Positions 28,508 to 38,010 of a stretch of DNA of 64,000 nt are shown piece by piece. Numbering within the stretch: position 1 is the stretch's first letter; each line of letters starts with the position of its first letter. The position numbers and the translations under genes are program-made. The stretch is from contig JAVRCJ020000025.1 of the NCBI GenBank assembly GCA_034530875.2, positions 32,001-96,000 on the forward strand, given 5' to 3'. Under the pieces are notes generated by a model that saw nothing but the letters and a program-made list of their open reading frames with translations, was not told where the DNA came from and made no database searches. Source of the stretch: Nostoc sp. DedSLP01 (GTDB taxonomy: Bacteria > Cyanobacteriota > Cyanobacteriia > Cyanobacteriales > Nostocaceae).

Positions 28508-30229
28508 TCAATTGGTGAGTTGTTTGCTGAGAGTTTTGATTTCAGTCTCAGGATAGTAGAATTGCAGAATTTTCTGATTCGACCAACCAAGTTTAGCTAA
28601 ATTTTGAGCGCCAGTTTGACTCAAGCCGACTCCATGTCCCAACCCACCGCCAATAAAGGCGTATCCCCATAGTTCTGGTTTGCCTTTGTTCAAAGGTTCT
28701 ATATAAAAAAGCGTACTTGTGGGAGCAGCAAAAGCGCTGCGAACCTCGTCTTTGTGGAGAATAAAGATACTCTTATCCGTTTTCACTGCGAGTTCCAGAA
28801 TACGTCCACTCTCGCTTCGCTTCACCACAGCCATAGCCTGAATTGTTTTAAATTTGGCATGAGGACTGTTTTTCACCTGCAAAAATTTCTGTAAGTCTTT
28901 GATAATATCCTCTAAGGGGGTTTCCCTGCGCCAACGAAACATATTCCACTCAGTTTCATTAAATCCTTGCCGCATATTAATAAACTTTTGGAAGTTCTTT
29001 TCATCGGCTAAACTTTGCTTCGATAAGTTCCAAAGATTAGTAGCAGCATCGATTACAGGACGCAGATAAGGACGATCTTCACCATTCCAAACATCGCTAA
29101 AGGAAGCGGTAACGCCGCCGGTGGTGGAAGAATATAAGGCGTCTATTAGTTCGTTTTTATAAGTTAGTACCTTACCCCTGGTTGTAGCGATCGCTTTATC
29201 TGTTTTCGCAGCTGCTCCATTCAACCCATAATAAACTTGGCAGTGAGTATCAGCGCACAACTGGTAATTATCTGCCGCAAACCTATGTAAATTTCTCAAG
29301 GCATAAGTGCGAGCAAGAATTGCTTGAGCTTCTAGCGCTGCTGTTGGTGCATCCGTACCTATTTCATAAGGCACAACCCCACGCAAATAAGTTTCTAAGG
29401 GTACTTGATTAACTAAAGTGTATGTCCCATAAGCATTTGGTTGTAAATTTAGCCGTCCTGAATACAAACGAGCATTTTCTGGCTTATCGCTTTTATTCAC
29501 CCGAATTAAGTTTTTTTCTGTGCTAATTTCCAACTTATCCGGGCTGTAGCGCTTATTATCCACCACCCAACTGACTCGCGGTACTTGTTTCAAAACTTTG
29601 GTATCAAGATATGCTTTTTCTTGATTAGCAGCTTGGATGTTCTGCAATAACAAACGCCGCAATAAAGGAGTGCTGTAAACATCGCGTTTCGCCCAAACTT
29701 GCCAGCGTTCTGGTTGGGCTATTTCTACTTCGATTCCCTGAGAACGCCATTTTTTGGCACTGTCTTCCGCAGTTTCAAAGGTGCGGTATGTACCCAAGAC
29801 TACAACTTCCTCAACCTCCGACTGAGGTAAAGCTTGCATTACTGTTTCCAGCTTTACAGGCTTATTGGTAACCACTATTTGCTGCTTGTTGCCCGTTTGA
29901 AATTTTAACTTTAAGCGATCGCCTTTTGTCGGTTCCAGTTGCAGCTTGGCTGTGGCTTGGGCGCCAAATCGCTGCACAATCCCAATTTTCAGTTCTACAT
30001 CCTGGATATTGCTCTCAGGCCCCGATGCCGCAGTCAGCCCCAATAGGCTAAATGTCGTCACTACAGTGTAGGAAAAACGCCAAAAGGAAAATTTCATAGG
30101 TAGCTGATTTTGCCCCTTAATGCGGCGTTGGAGCTGGTTTTCCAATTGCTTTGTAACGCGGTCTTTTTGTCGCATGAGTGCTCCAATGATACCATTACCA
30201 GTTTTGCCCCAAATAAATATTACTTGCAA
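28508..30229 (-). CDS. SpoIID/LytB domain protein (true start may be downstream, near MKFSF)
   Basis: LETYLRGVVPYE, AQAILARTYA, CQVY and GHGVGLSQTGA motifs. Confidence 0.9.
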   Translation of the reverse strand: MQVIFIWGKTGNGIIGALMRQKDRVTKQLENQLQRRIKGQNQLPMKFSFWRFSYTVVTTFSLLGLTAASGPESNIQDVELKIGIVQRFGAQATAKLQLEPTKGDRLKLKFQTGNKQQIVVTNKPVKLETVMQALPQSEVEEVVVLGTYRTFETAEDSAKKWRSQGIEVEIAQPERWQVWAKRDVYSTPLLRRLLLQNIQAANQEKAYLDTKVLKQVPRVSWVVDNKRYSPDKLEISTEKNLIRVNKSDKPENARLYSGRLNLQPNAYGTYTLVNQVPLETYLRGVVPYEIGTDAPTAALEAQAILARTYALRNLHRFAADNYQLCADTHCQVYYGLNGAAAKTDKAIATTRGKVLTYKNELIDALYSSTTGGVTASFSDVWNGEDRPYLRPVIDAATNLWNLSKQSLADEKNFQKFINMRQGFNETEWNMFRWRRETPLEDIIKDLQKFLQVKNSPHAKFKTIQAMAVVKRSESGRILELAVKTDKSIFILHKDEVRSAFAAPTSTLFYIEPLNKGKPELWGYAFIGGGLGHGVGLSQTGAQNLAKLGWSNQKILQFYYPETEIKTLSKQLTN

Positions 30230-30293
30230 AACAAAGTCATAATGAGTATGATTTATTTAGAGATACAAAAGAGAATTAATCGATAAACTCCTT

Positions 30294-30557
30294 ATGGTCA
30301 GAGTCCAGGAAATTCCATTAAATCAGATTAAACGCCCCTTGCCCCGTACAAACGATCCAAATAAAGTAAAAGCCTTAATGGAATCGATTGCCGAGATTGG
30401 GCAGCAAGAACCGATAGATGTCCTCGAAGTAGATGGACAATATTATGGCTTTTCTGGTTGCCATCGGTATGAAGCTTGCCAGCGCTTAGGCAAAGAAACC
30501 GTTTTGGCCAGAGTCCGTAAAGCACCCCGCAGCGTTTTGAAGATGCACTTGGCGTAG
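30294..30557 (+). CDS. srx: Sulfiredoxin (ParB-like fold)
   Basis: FSGCHR catalytic motif. Confidence 0.92.
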   Translation: MVRVQEIPLNQIKRPLPRTNDPNKVKALMESIAEIGQQEPIDVLEVDGQYYGFSGCHRYEACQRLGKETVLARVRKAPRSVLKMHLA

Positions 30558-30668
30558 GGAATGGGGCAAGGGGCAAGGGGGAAAAGAAAGATCCCTCCTT
30601 TTCCCTTTTCCCTTTTCCCTTTCCCCAAGGCGTTGCCATCTCCCCATGCCCAATATCCAATCCCCAAT
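30558..30668. repeat. Inverted STRR heptamer array
   Basis: (ggggcaa)n followed by (ccctttt)n and (cccaat)n. Confidence 0.8.
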
Positions 30669-30695
30669 TACATATAACCCAATTAGGAGAAAATT

Positions 30696-31187
30696 ATGTC
30701 ATCAGAAGTAACAGTCAAAAATCTGAATATCGGCATTGACGATGCGAGTCGGGCTAAAATTGCCGAGGGATTATCTCGGTTGTTGGCTGACACCTACACG
30801 CTGTATTTGAAAACTCATAATTTTCATTGGAATGTAACTGGGCCGATGTTCCAAACTTTGCACCTAATGTTTGAGACCCAGTATACAGAATTAGCGCTAG
30901 CAGTTGATTTAATTGCTGAGAGAATTAGAGCGCTTGGCTATCCTGCACCAGGAACCTACAGCGAATATGCCAAATTAAGTTCGATTCCAGAAACTCCTGG
31001 AGTTCCGAAAGCTGTGGACATGATTAAGTTACTAGTGGAAGGACAAGAAGCTGTAGTCAGAACTGCACGCTCTATTTTTCCAGTAGTGGACGAAGTTAAC
31101 GACGAACCTACTGCTGATTTGTTGACTCAGCGGATGCAAGTACATGAAAAGACAGCTTGGATGCTGAGAAGTTTGCTGGAAGAATAA
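30696..31187 (+). CDS. dps: Dps family ferritin-like protein
   Basis: [10 protein letters not shown] and [11 protein letters not shown] motifs. Confidence 0.95.
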   Translation: MSSEVTVKNLNIGIDDASRAKIAEGLSRLLADTYTLYLKTHNFHWNVTGPMFQTLHLMFETQYTELALAVDLIAERIRALGYPAPGTYSEYAKLSSIPETPGVPKAVDMIKLLVEGQEAVVRTARSIFPVVDEVNDEPTADLLTQRMQVHEKTAWMLRSLLEE

Positions 31188-31312
31188 TAATAGGGCATAG
31201 GGCATAGGGAATGGCGCATGGGAAGATGGAAAAATGGGAGCAGAGGAGAAGTGACAATAGTATTTTCCCTCTGCCCCTAGAACCTCTTCCAATGCCCCAT
31301 GCCGCATACCCA

Positions 31313-31966
31313 ATGCCCAACATTGATTTCACCCAAAAGTTACAAAATTTAATGCAACGAGTGGGTATTTCTAGTTTTAAAGCCCTTAGTCGTGCTGCTG
31401 GCGTTTCTGAACGTCAGCTTTTACGGTTACGGCAAGGAGAAGTTGAGCAGATGCGGATAGATGTGCTGCTGAAGCTGTCGCCAGTGCTACAGATATCATT
31501 AAGCGAATTAGTCACAACTTTCTCAAATATAGAATTATTAAAAGAGACGGCAGCACCAACTCAAGAATTATTACAAGAAATTGCAAATTTAAAAATAGAG
31601 TACGATCGCTTGCAGTCGCAACTAGAAAGCCAGCGAGAGTTATTATTACAAGAACTCCAGCAGTCAACCTTACAACTGCTGGAGTCTTTGTTGTTGCAAT
31701 GGCCGACGGCAGCAAAAAAAGCCCAGGAAGATCCAGAGTTTCCAGCAGTCAAAATAGTGCCGTTGGTGCAGAAACCCTTAGAAAAGCTTTTACAGGAGTG
31801 GGGAGTACAAGCGATCGCATCAGTGGGAGCAGAAGTACCCTACGATCCCCAACTCCACCAATCGATCCAAGGAACAGCACAACCCGGAGAAATAGTCAAA
31901 GTACGCTACACTGGCTACCTTCAAGGTGACAAGCTGCTTCATAGAGCCAGAGTCAGCCCTGTGTAA
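31313..31966 (+). CDS. XRE-type HTH protein with a coiled coil and a C-terminal GrpE-like domain
   Basis: SFKALSRAAGVSERQL HTH; YDPQLHQ...VKVRYTGY...LLHRARV GrpE-like head. The ORF-track extension 31211-31312 is repeat-derived. Confidence 0.8.
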   Translation: MPNIDFTQKLQNLMQRVGISSFKALSRAAGVSERQLLRLRQGEVEQMRIDVLLKLSPVLQISLSELVTTFSNIELLKETAAPTQELLQEIANLKIEYDRLQSQLESQRELLLQELQQSTLQLLESLLLQWPTAAKKAQEDPEFPAVKIVPLVQKPLEKLLQEWGVQAIASVGAEVPYDPQLHQSIQGTAQPGEIVKVRYTGYLQGDKLLHRARVSPV

Positions 31967-31967
31967 A

Positions 31968-32165
31968 AGGGCATAGGGTATGGGGGAAGCAGGAGGTGTG
32001 GGAGGTGTGGGAGGTGTGGGAAGAAATCTTCCCCCCTTTCTCCCCACACTCCTCCATCTCGTCATCTCCTCCCTTTCTCCCCACACTCCCCACACCTCCT
32101 ACTTCCCCCATCTCCCCACACTCCCCACACTCCTCCATCTCCCCATCTCCCCTGCTCCCTCTCCC
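31968..32165. repeat. Long inverted short-tandem-repeat array (7-10-mer units)
   Basis: (ggaggtgtg)n arm followed by many ctccccacact / ctccccat units. Confidence 0.85.
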
Positions 32166-32325
32166 GAAGTCAGGAATTAGAACTTCACAGTTAGGAGTTA
32201 TAAATCACGACTTCTAACTTTTGGTATACACATGGGGAATACTAAACAGCATAAGTCATCCTTCAAAGAACTTCTTTGAGAGCGAAGCTACATTCTAAAC
32301 TCTAGTTACAAACAGGACTTAGGGT

Positions 32326-33837
32326 ATGCAAATGGACAACAAAATAGATGAGTCCTGCAATCAATTATGGGAATTTGCCAGTTATTGTCCACTCAGGCAT
32401 CAACAGATACTCCAGCAAGCTGATGCAGAACTGGAAAGACGGGTACAAGAACGGACTAGAGAACTACTAAAAACGAACGAGGCACTAGGGGCTGAGATTA
32501 TCGAATGTCAACGGCAGCAAGCGCAACTGCAAGAGAAAGAGCAATTCTTTCGCACCGTCTATAATGGCTCCGAACATCTGATATTTGTGGTAGATGTTCG
32601 AGAAGATGGTGACTTTCGCTTCGCAGGTTGGAACCCTGCCACAGAACGTGTTACTGGTGTAAGTAGCGCCCAGGCAATTGGTCAAACACCAGAAGATTTA
32701 CTCGGTATTGTCGATGGTACAGCAGTTCGTCAGAGATATGTAAGATGTCTGGAAACTGGTACAGCTATTACCTACGAAGAATGCGTGAATTTTAAGGGCG
32801 AACAAATTTGGTCGCTAACTACTATTAATCCACTAAAAGACAGTCAAGGTAGAATTAATCGGTTAATAGGAACGACGGTTCATATCACTGACCGTATCCG
32901 CGCAGAAACTCAGTTAAAGCAGCAGGCACAAGAGTTAGAATATGCCCTCAATGAACTCCAGCAAACTCAAATTCAGCTTGTTCAAAGTGAGAAAATGTCA
33001 AGTTTGGGACAATTGGTGGCAGGCGTTGCTCATGAAATCAATAACCCTGTGAACTTCATTTACGGGAATCTTACTCACGCCAACGAATACATCCAAGACT
33101 TAATAAGATTTCTACAACTTTACCAACAACTCTATCCTCATCCCATAGCTGAACTCGAAGAATTAGCAGCGGAAATAGACTTAGAGTTTGTAATCGAAGA
33201 CTTGCCTAAACTACTCAGTTCAATGAAAGTTGGCGCACAGCGAATTAGAGAGATTGTTTTATCTTTACGCAATTTCTCCCGTATGGATGAGGCTGAGATG
33301 AAAGAGGTAGATATTCATGAGGGAATCGATAGTACTCTAATGATTCTCGAACATCGCATTAAGGGTACGGCTGAGCGGCCTGCCATTGAAGTTATCAAAG
33401 AATACGGTGACTTGCCATTGGTAGAGTGTTATGCTGGGCAACTCAATCAGGTATTTATGAATATTTTGGCAAATGCGATCGATGCACTTGAAGAGTCATT
33501 TGTCGTTCGTAATTCATCATTGGTGTCACAGGAATTGCCGATCGCAGATTGCAAAGGCAAAATGAATTGTCCTCAAATTCGCATTCGTACTCAATTATTA
33601 GAGACAAATCAAGTAAGCATCGCCATTGCTGACAATGGACTAGGAATACCGAAGGAAGTGAAACAGCGGCTTTTCGATCCTTTCTTCAGTACCAAGCCTA
33701 TTGGCAAAGGCACTGGTATGGGGTTGTCTATTAGCTACCAAATTATTTCACAAAAACATAATGGGAGGTTGGAATGTATTTCTCAGCCAGGTAGCAGCGC
33801 TGAGTTTCTAATTACTATTCCTCGAAGCCAAAATTAA
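32326..33837 (+). CDS. PAS-domain sensor histidine kinase
   Basis: PAS domain; H-box VAHEINNP, N-box NILANAID, DNGLG and GTGMGL. Confidence 0.93.
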   Translation: MQMDNKIDESCNQLWEFASYCPLRHQQILQQADAELERRVQERTRELLKTNEALGAEIIECQRQQAQLQEKEQFFRTVYNGSEHLIFVVDVREDGDFRFAGWNPATERVTGVSSAQAIGQTPEDLLGIVDGTAVRQRYVRCLETGTAITYEECVNFKGEQIWSLTTINPLKDSQGRINRLIGTTVHITDRIRAETQLKQQAQELEYALNELQQTQIQLVQSEKMSSLGQLVAGVAHEINNPVNFIYGNLTHANEYIQDLIRFLQLYQQLYPHPIAELEELAAEIDLEFVIEDLPKLLSSMKVGAQRIREIVLSLRNFSRMDEAEMKEVDIHEGIDSTLMILEHRIKGTAERPAIEVIKEYGDLPLVECYAGQLNQVFMNILANAIDALEESFVVRNSSLVSQELPIADCKGKMNCPQIRIRTQLLETNQVSIAIADNGLGIPKEVKQRLFDPFFSTKPIGKGTGMGLSISYQIISQKHNGRLECISQPGSSAEFLITIPRSQN

Positions 33838-34182
33838 ATTACTAATTAAATGCTGGAGAATAATTTGATTTTTGATTATAGTTTGGGAGAGCTAAAAGTA
33901 AACGATAGATTTTAAACTTAAATTCCTTAAATTTTTATAATTATAAATTTTGATGATTGGAATAATTTATGCGATAGTTATTGATAATTTATCGGAGCGA
34001 TCGCTAATTTGAAATAATCAACAGTGAATACTTATCAAAGCTATAGCTATGGATTAAAAAAAGTGAACATTCTATCAAAATCTAATTTTATTTTTGCTAT
34101 TTTCAGAATTTTTAAATTTTCTAATATGGGTATATAATAGCAAAATCAGAACAATATTTACACAAATCAGCGTGAAATAATT

Positions 34183-34509
34183 ATGAAAGAAGAAGTCAAA
34201 GTTATTAAACTCAGTGGTAATCTTAACGCCACTACTTCACAAGAATTTAGGCAAAGTATTACTAAAATTATTGAAGTTGGCGTGAAAATTGTCTTACTTG
34301 ATTTTCAAGATGTAACTTTTATGGATAGTTCTGGATTAGGAGCTTTAGTATTAGCTTTCAAAACTTTAAGAGCAGCAGATATTAAGCTTGTTATCTGTTC
34401 GATTAACGAGCAAGTCAGAATATTATTTGAACTAACTAATATGGATAAAATATTTGAAATATTCCCGACTGAAGAAGCATTTAATCAAGTTCTAATATCC
34501 AAAAGTTAA
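34183..34509 (+). CDS. STAS-domain anti-sigma-factor antagonist
   Basis: VTFMDSSGLGALV motif. Confidence 0.92.
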   Translation: MKEEVKVIKLSGNLNATTSQEFRQSITKIIEVGVKIVLLDFQDVTFMDSSGLGALVLAFKTLRAADIKLVICSINEQVRILFELTNMDKIFEIFPTEEAFNQVLISKS

Positions 34510-35646
34510 TTAATCAAATTGAATTTGCAATATAGATAAATCATCATCAAAACCATCTTTGGAGTTTAGAGCAATTAAATAACTCAATACCTGTTCGAGT
34601 TGGTTATCAAGAGAGTTTTGCAAGCTAACTAATAACTGAATAAAAGCATCTAAACTCCAAAGTGTGCCATCTGATTTAGGAATTTCATAAGCACCATCGC
34701 TAAAAATATAAAGAGTACTGAATTCTTCAATATTACAAAATCCATCAATATATTTTGCTTCTGGAAACATTCCAACTGGCATACCTGGGGTTTTCAAGAG
34801 TTGAACCTCAGCTTTTCTAGGAGTTGTGCCAGCGATTAAAACTGCTGGTGGATGACCTGCACTAGCATAAATTAGCTGGCGATTTATTCGGTTATAAACT
34901 CCATACCAAATAGTAAAGTATTTGTCATTTTGATAATTCATCTGAAAGGTATCATTCAAAGCCTTTAACACTTCACTCGGCTGATAGTAATTCAGACCTT
35001 TTAAGGCACGAGAACGAAGCAAATTCATCACCGAAACAGAAGGGAGGGTGGCTTTGAGTCCGTGTCCAGCAGTATCCAACAAGTAAACTGCTAAATAATT
35101 GTCATCAAGCCAGTAATAATCGAAACAGTCACCGCCGAGTTGCCGTGAGGGAAGGAATCGAAAATTGATGTTGAAGGGTTCACTCATGGGAAAAGGCAGA
35201 AGCGATCGCACATATTCTGCGGCTTCTGACATTTCTGATTCCAAAAGCAACTTTTGAGTCTGCAAATCTCTACTTAATTGATGCAGCCGTAATCCTGCTC
35301 TTACCCGTGCTTGTAATTCATTATGCTCGATAGGTTTAGAGATAAAATCATCAGCGCCAGCATCCAATCCTTTAACACAATCGGCAACAGAATCTAAGGA
35401 TGTTAATAAAATAAAGAATGTCGTGGAAAATTTAGGGTCTGTTTTTATGCGGTGACAGACTTCCAACCCATTCAATCCTGGCATAATCCAATCACAAATA
35501 ATTAGTGCTGGATGGCAAGTTAACGCTTTTTCTATTCCTTCCTCACCGCTACTGGCAGCAATTACCTCATACCCCTGTTTTTCCAACATCCTTTTGAGGA
35601 ATGTTTTTATTGAATGGTCGTCATCAATTATTAATATTTGATACAT
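34510..35646 (-). CDS. Receiver-PP2C (RsbU/SpoIIE-type) phosphatase
   Basis: Receiver domain plus LGGDCFD, DTAGHG, SAGHPP, FSDG and DDLS motifs. Confidence 0.93.
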   Translation of the reverse strand: MYQILIIDDDHSIKTFLKRMLEKQGYEVIAASSGEEGIEKALTCHPALIICDWIMPGLNGLEVCHRIKTDPKFSTTFFILLTSLDSVADCVKGLDAGADDFISKPIEHNELQARVRAGLRLHQLSRDLQTQKLLLESEMSEAAEYVRSLLPFPMSEPFNINFRFLPSRQLGGDCFDYYWLDDNYLAVYLLDTAGHGLKATLPSVSVMNLLRSRALKGLNYYQPSEVLKALNDTFQMNYQNDKYFTIWYGVYNRINRQLIYASAGHPPAVLIAGTTPRKAEVQLLKTPGMPVGMFPEAKYIDGFCNIEEFSTLYIFSDGAYEIPKSDGTLWSLDAFIQLLVSLQNSLDNQLEQVLSYLIALNSKDGFDDDLSILQIQFD

Positions 35647-35947
35647 AGTGTGATGTTGCAGGAACCACTAATTAATAATTTGCTTTAAACATAGAAAAAT
35701 AAAAGACAATATGGGCAACTTCCTGCCCACTCAAAGAATACATAATTTTTTAACTAAGTGTAAAATAGAGGCTGCACGGTCTTTTAGCCTTCAATTATGA
35801 AGAATGCCGTCGCCAATAACCAAAAGAGATAGATAGGTAATATTATGACCAAAATTGAGTAATATATTAGTAACATTTCTGTAATAATATTACTAACATA
35901 TTTTGATTTTTGTGCAGAATTAATGAGTTTTTGATAGTTATCAAATA

Positions 35948-36715
35948 TTATGGGGGTGCAAGTGGATTCAGCCACAAGAGAATCGAGTTTTTTAGCTGAT
36001 TTAAGTCTCGATAAGCCTCTTGTTTAAACCATTGCCCTAAGGCGTCAAAGGGAGTGAAAGATGTTCCTGTTTGCCATTTAATATCTTGACCTAGAGGTGT
36101 CGTATGAGTTCCTGGTAAAGTTTGTGCTGTCACCATTTCACCAAAACGTTCTTGCAAAATTTTAGTTAAAGCCGTCGATTGATCAATGGTATCGTTGTTA
36201 AATTTGATTAATAAATTGCGCCGGATATTGTATTGGTCTCGGACAAGTTGATTAGTTTCCAATGGTGAGGGGGTAAACTCGATTTTCAAAGTAGAATTGA
36301 ATTGTTCTACTAGGGGAATAGCTTCTTTAGCGGCGTAGTTGTTGAAAGATATTAAAATGTTACCTGCGCGTTCAACTTTAAAAAGACTGCCAATTAATAA
36401 GTGAAGTTTACACCCCATACTGTGTCCCACACCATAAATCGGCAAGTAAAGCTTGCGCAATGCCCCAGAGTCTTGTAAGCGTTCGATGGTGCGGTCAAAG
36501 TTGAGCAGCACAGATTTGGCGATCGCTGTATGATCCAAGGTATTAACGAAAGGCGTAGCAATGACTGCGTAACCTTTACTTGCCACTTGTTCCAGTAGCC
36601 AGCGATAAGTGAGGTGGGGTGCAGTGGCAACGAAAGCACCTCCCAAAAAATGGATGATACCTATAGGATTTCGGGGAATGATTACCCAGTTACCTCTAAC
36701 TTCTTTCCAGTCCAT
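35948..36715 (-). CDS. DUF1350 family alpha/beta-hydrolase-like protein
   Basis: HFLGGAF, GHSMG and GTHTTP motifs. Confidence 0.85.
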   Translation of the reverse strand: MDWKEVRGNWVIIPRNPIGIIHFLGGAFVATAPHLTYRWLLEQVASKGYAVIATPFVNTLDHTAIAKSVLLNFDRTIERLQDSGALRKLYLPIYGVGHSMGCKLHLLIGSLFKVERAGNILISFNNYAAKEAIPLVEQFNSTLKIEFTPSPLETNQLVRDQYNIRRNLLIKFNNDTIDQSTALTKILQERFGEMVTAQTLPGTHTTPLGQDIKWQTGTSFTPFDALGQWFKQEAYRDLNQLKNSILLWLNPLAPP

Positions 36716-36923
36716 GTGGATAAGCGATCGCTTGATGAATATTATTTTATGGTAGACCGGGGATCGCGGTCATGGGAAGCATTATGTTAACTCATCCCCC
36801 AGCCACAAACTGGAGGATTTCGAGTCATTAGGGATTAGCGATTAGTTATTAGCCCTTAAAACAACGAAAATCATCTGCTTGTTCCCTGCTATAAAAAACT
36901 AGCTTTATCCTAAATACTTTTTT

Positions 36924-37685
36924 TCAAGGCTGACTTTGTAATTTTTTCATTTCTTGTTGTACGTCTAGGGCAATTTGTAATGCTTCGTTGAGTAATCTGC
37001 CATGTTCGGTAGCCTGTTCGTGTACTTGCATAGCCGTTAAAGTTGCTAAATTGTTAGCAAAGAGTTCGGCATTACTCAAAATAAAGTTCTTATTCTCCCG
37101 CAAAATCCTTTCTGTTTTCAAAGCGCGAACTAAGTCAGCTTTTGTGAGTTTCAGCGCTGCAATTACACTGTCTCTTTTTTTTATAACTACTTCTGGGTTA
37201 CCAGCTTCTTCTATTTGGTCATTAATATCTATAGCTTTAATAACAGTATTATATCTATCAACATCATTTAACAAAATTTTTAGAGAATTAGTCATGTTAC
37301 GTTGAACAAATTTAATTCGATATTTCCATAGTATATATAAGATGGATTGCGTAACTCCCCCAACCCAAAGACCTAAGACAATCAAGAACATCCAGGATGG
37401 AATTGTTACCAACAAACCAAATACTTTTAGAAGTAAATCAAAGACAAGATAACTAAAAACAAATGTAGAAAACCCGATAAATATAACAGTCGCGGCTTCG
37501 GAACCTTTAAGCTTTTCTATATATATTTTTCCGAATTTTCGTAAGACATTTGTAATAATCATCAATTCTTCCTTGACAGGTAAATTAGTCAGCTTTTGTA
37601 GCTCGTTATGACTAATTTCCAAGCCCTGTAAATCATCCCGCACAGCTTTCAAGTCCTTGCAAGAATAGTTATTTACGCGCAGCAC
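36924..37685 (-). CDS. Hypothetical membrane protein with a C-terminal helical domain (start uncertain)
   Basis: Two TM segments followed by IDINDQIEEAGN...LVRALKTERILREN. Confidence 0.75.
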   Translation of the reverse strand: MLRVNNYSCKDLKAVRDDLQGLEISHNELQKLTNLPVKEELMIITNVLRKFGKIYIEKLKGSEAATVIFIGFSTFVFSYLVFDLLLKVFGLLVTIPSWMFLIVLGLWVGGVTQSILYILWKYRIKFVQRNMTNSLKILLNDVDRYNTVIKAIDINDQIEEAGNPEVVIKKRDSVIAALKLTKADLVRALKTERILRENKNFILSNAELFANNLATLTAMQVHEQATEHGRLLNEALQIALDVQQEMKKLQSQP

Positions 37686-38010
37686 TTTTCAGGTATTTGA
37701 CCCCGCCTGAAAGAGCTAATGGGGATTGGTATAGTTCAACTACTTGAAAAGTGCTGTAATCTACTATAGCAATCAAATTTCTAAAATGCCCAAGAAATGG
37801 GTATTTTGCCGAAAGTTTTTAAGTAAATTAATACTGATAGCAGGGAACAGGCAATAGGTAACGGACAACTGCCTTTAAAGCCTCTTGCTGTTTGGGTTTT
37901 TTAGCCAGCTTATGTTCTCAAGTATGCTTCAAGTACTATATATGCAATTCAGATTTTTTTGTACAATATGCTACTCTTTTGCTGAGATTGCTAAATAAAT
38001 TAATTGTGCT

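Noticed and set aside
30328..30667. Antisense ORFs over srx
   Set aside because: They begin in STRR repeats and overlap a well-supported gene.
31211..31312. N-terminal extension of the HTH/GrpE-like ORF
   Set aside because: It is encoded by an intergenic inverted STRR array; ATG 31313 is the more plausible start.
31953..32217. Short ORFs across the G/C-rich array, and the array as a CRISPR
   Set aside because: The ORFs are translations of low-complexity repeats. There is no constant repeat with unique spacers and no cas gene.
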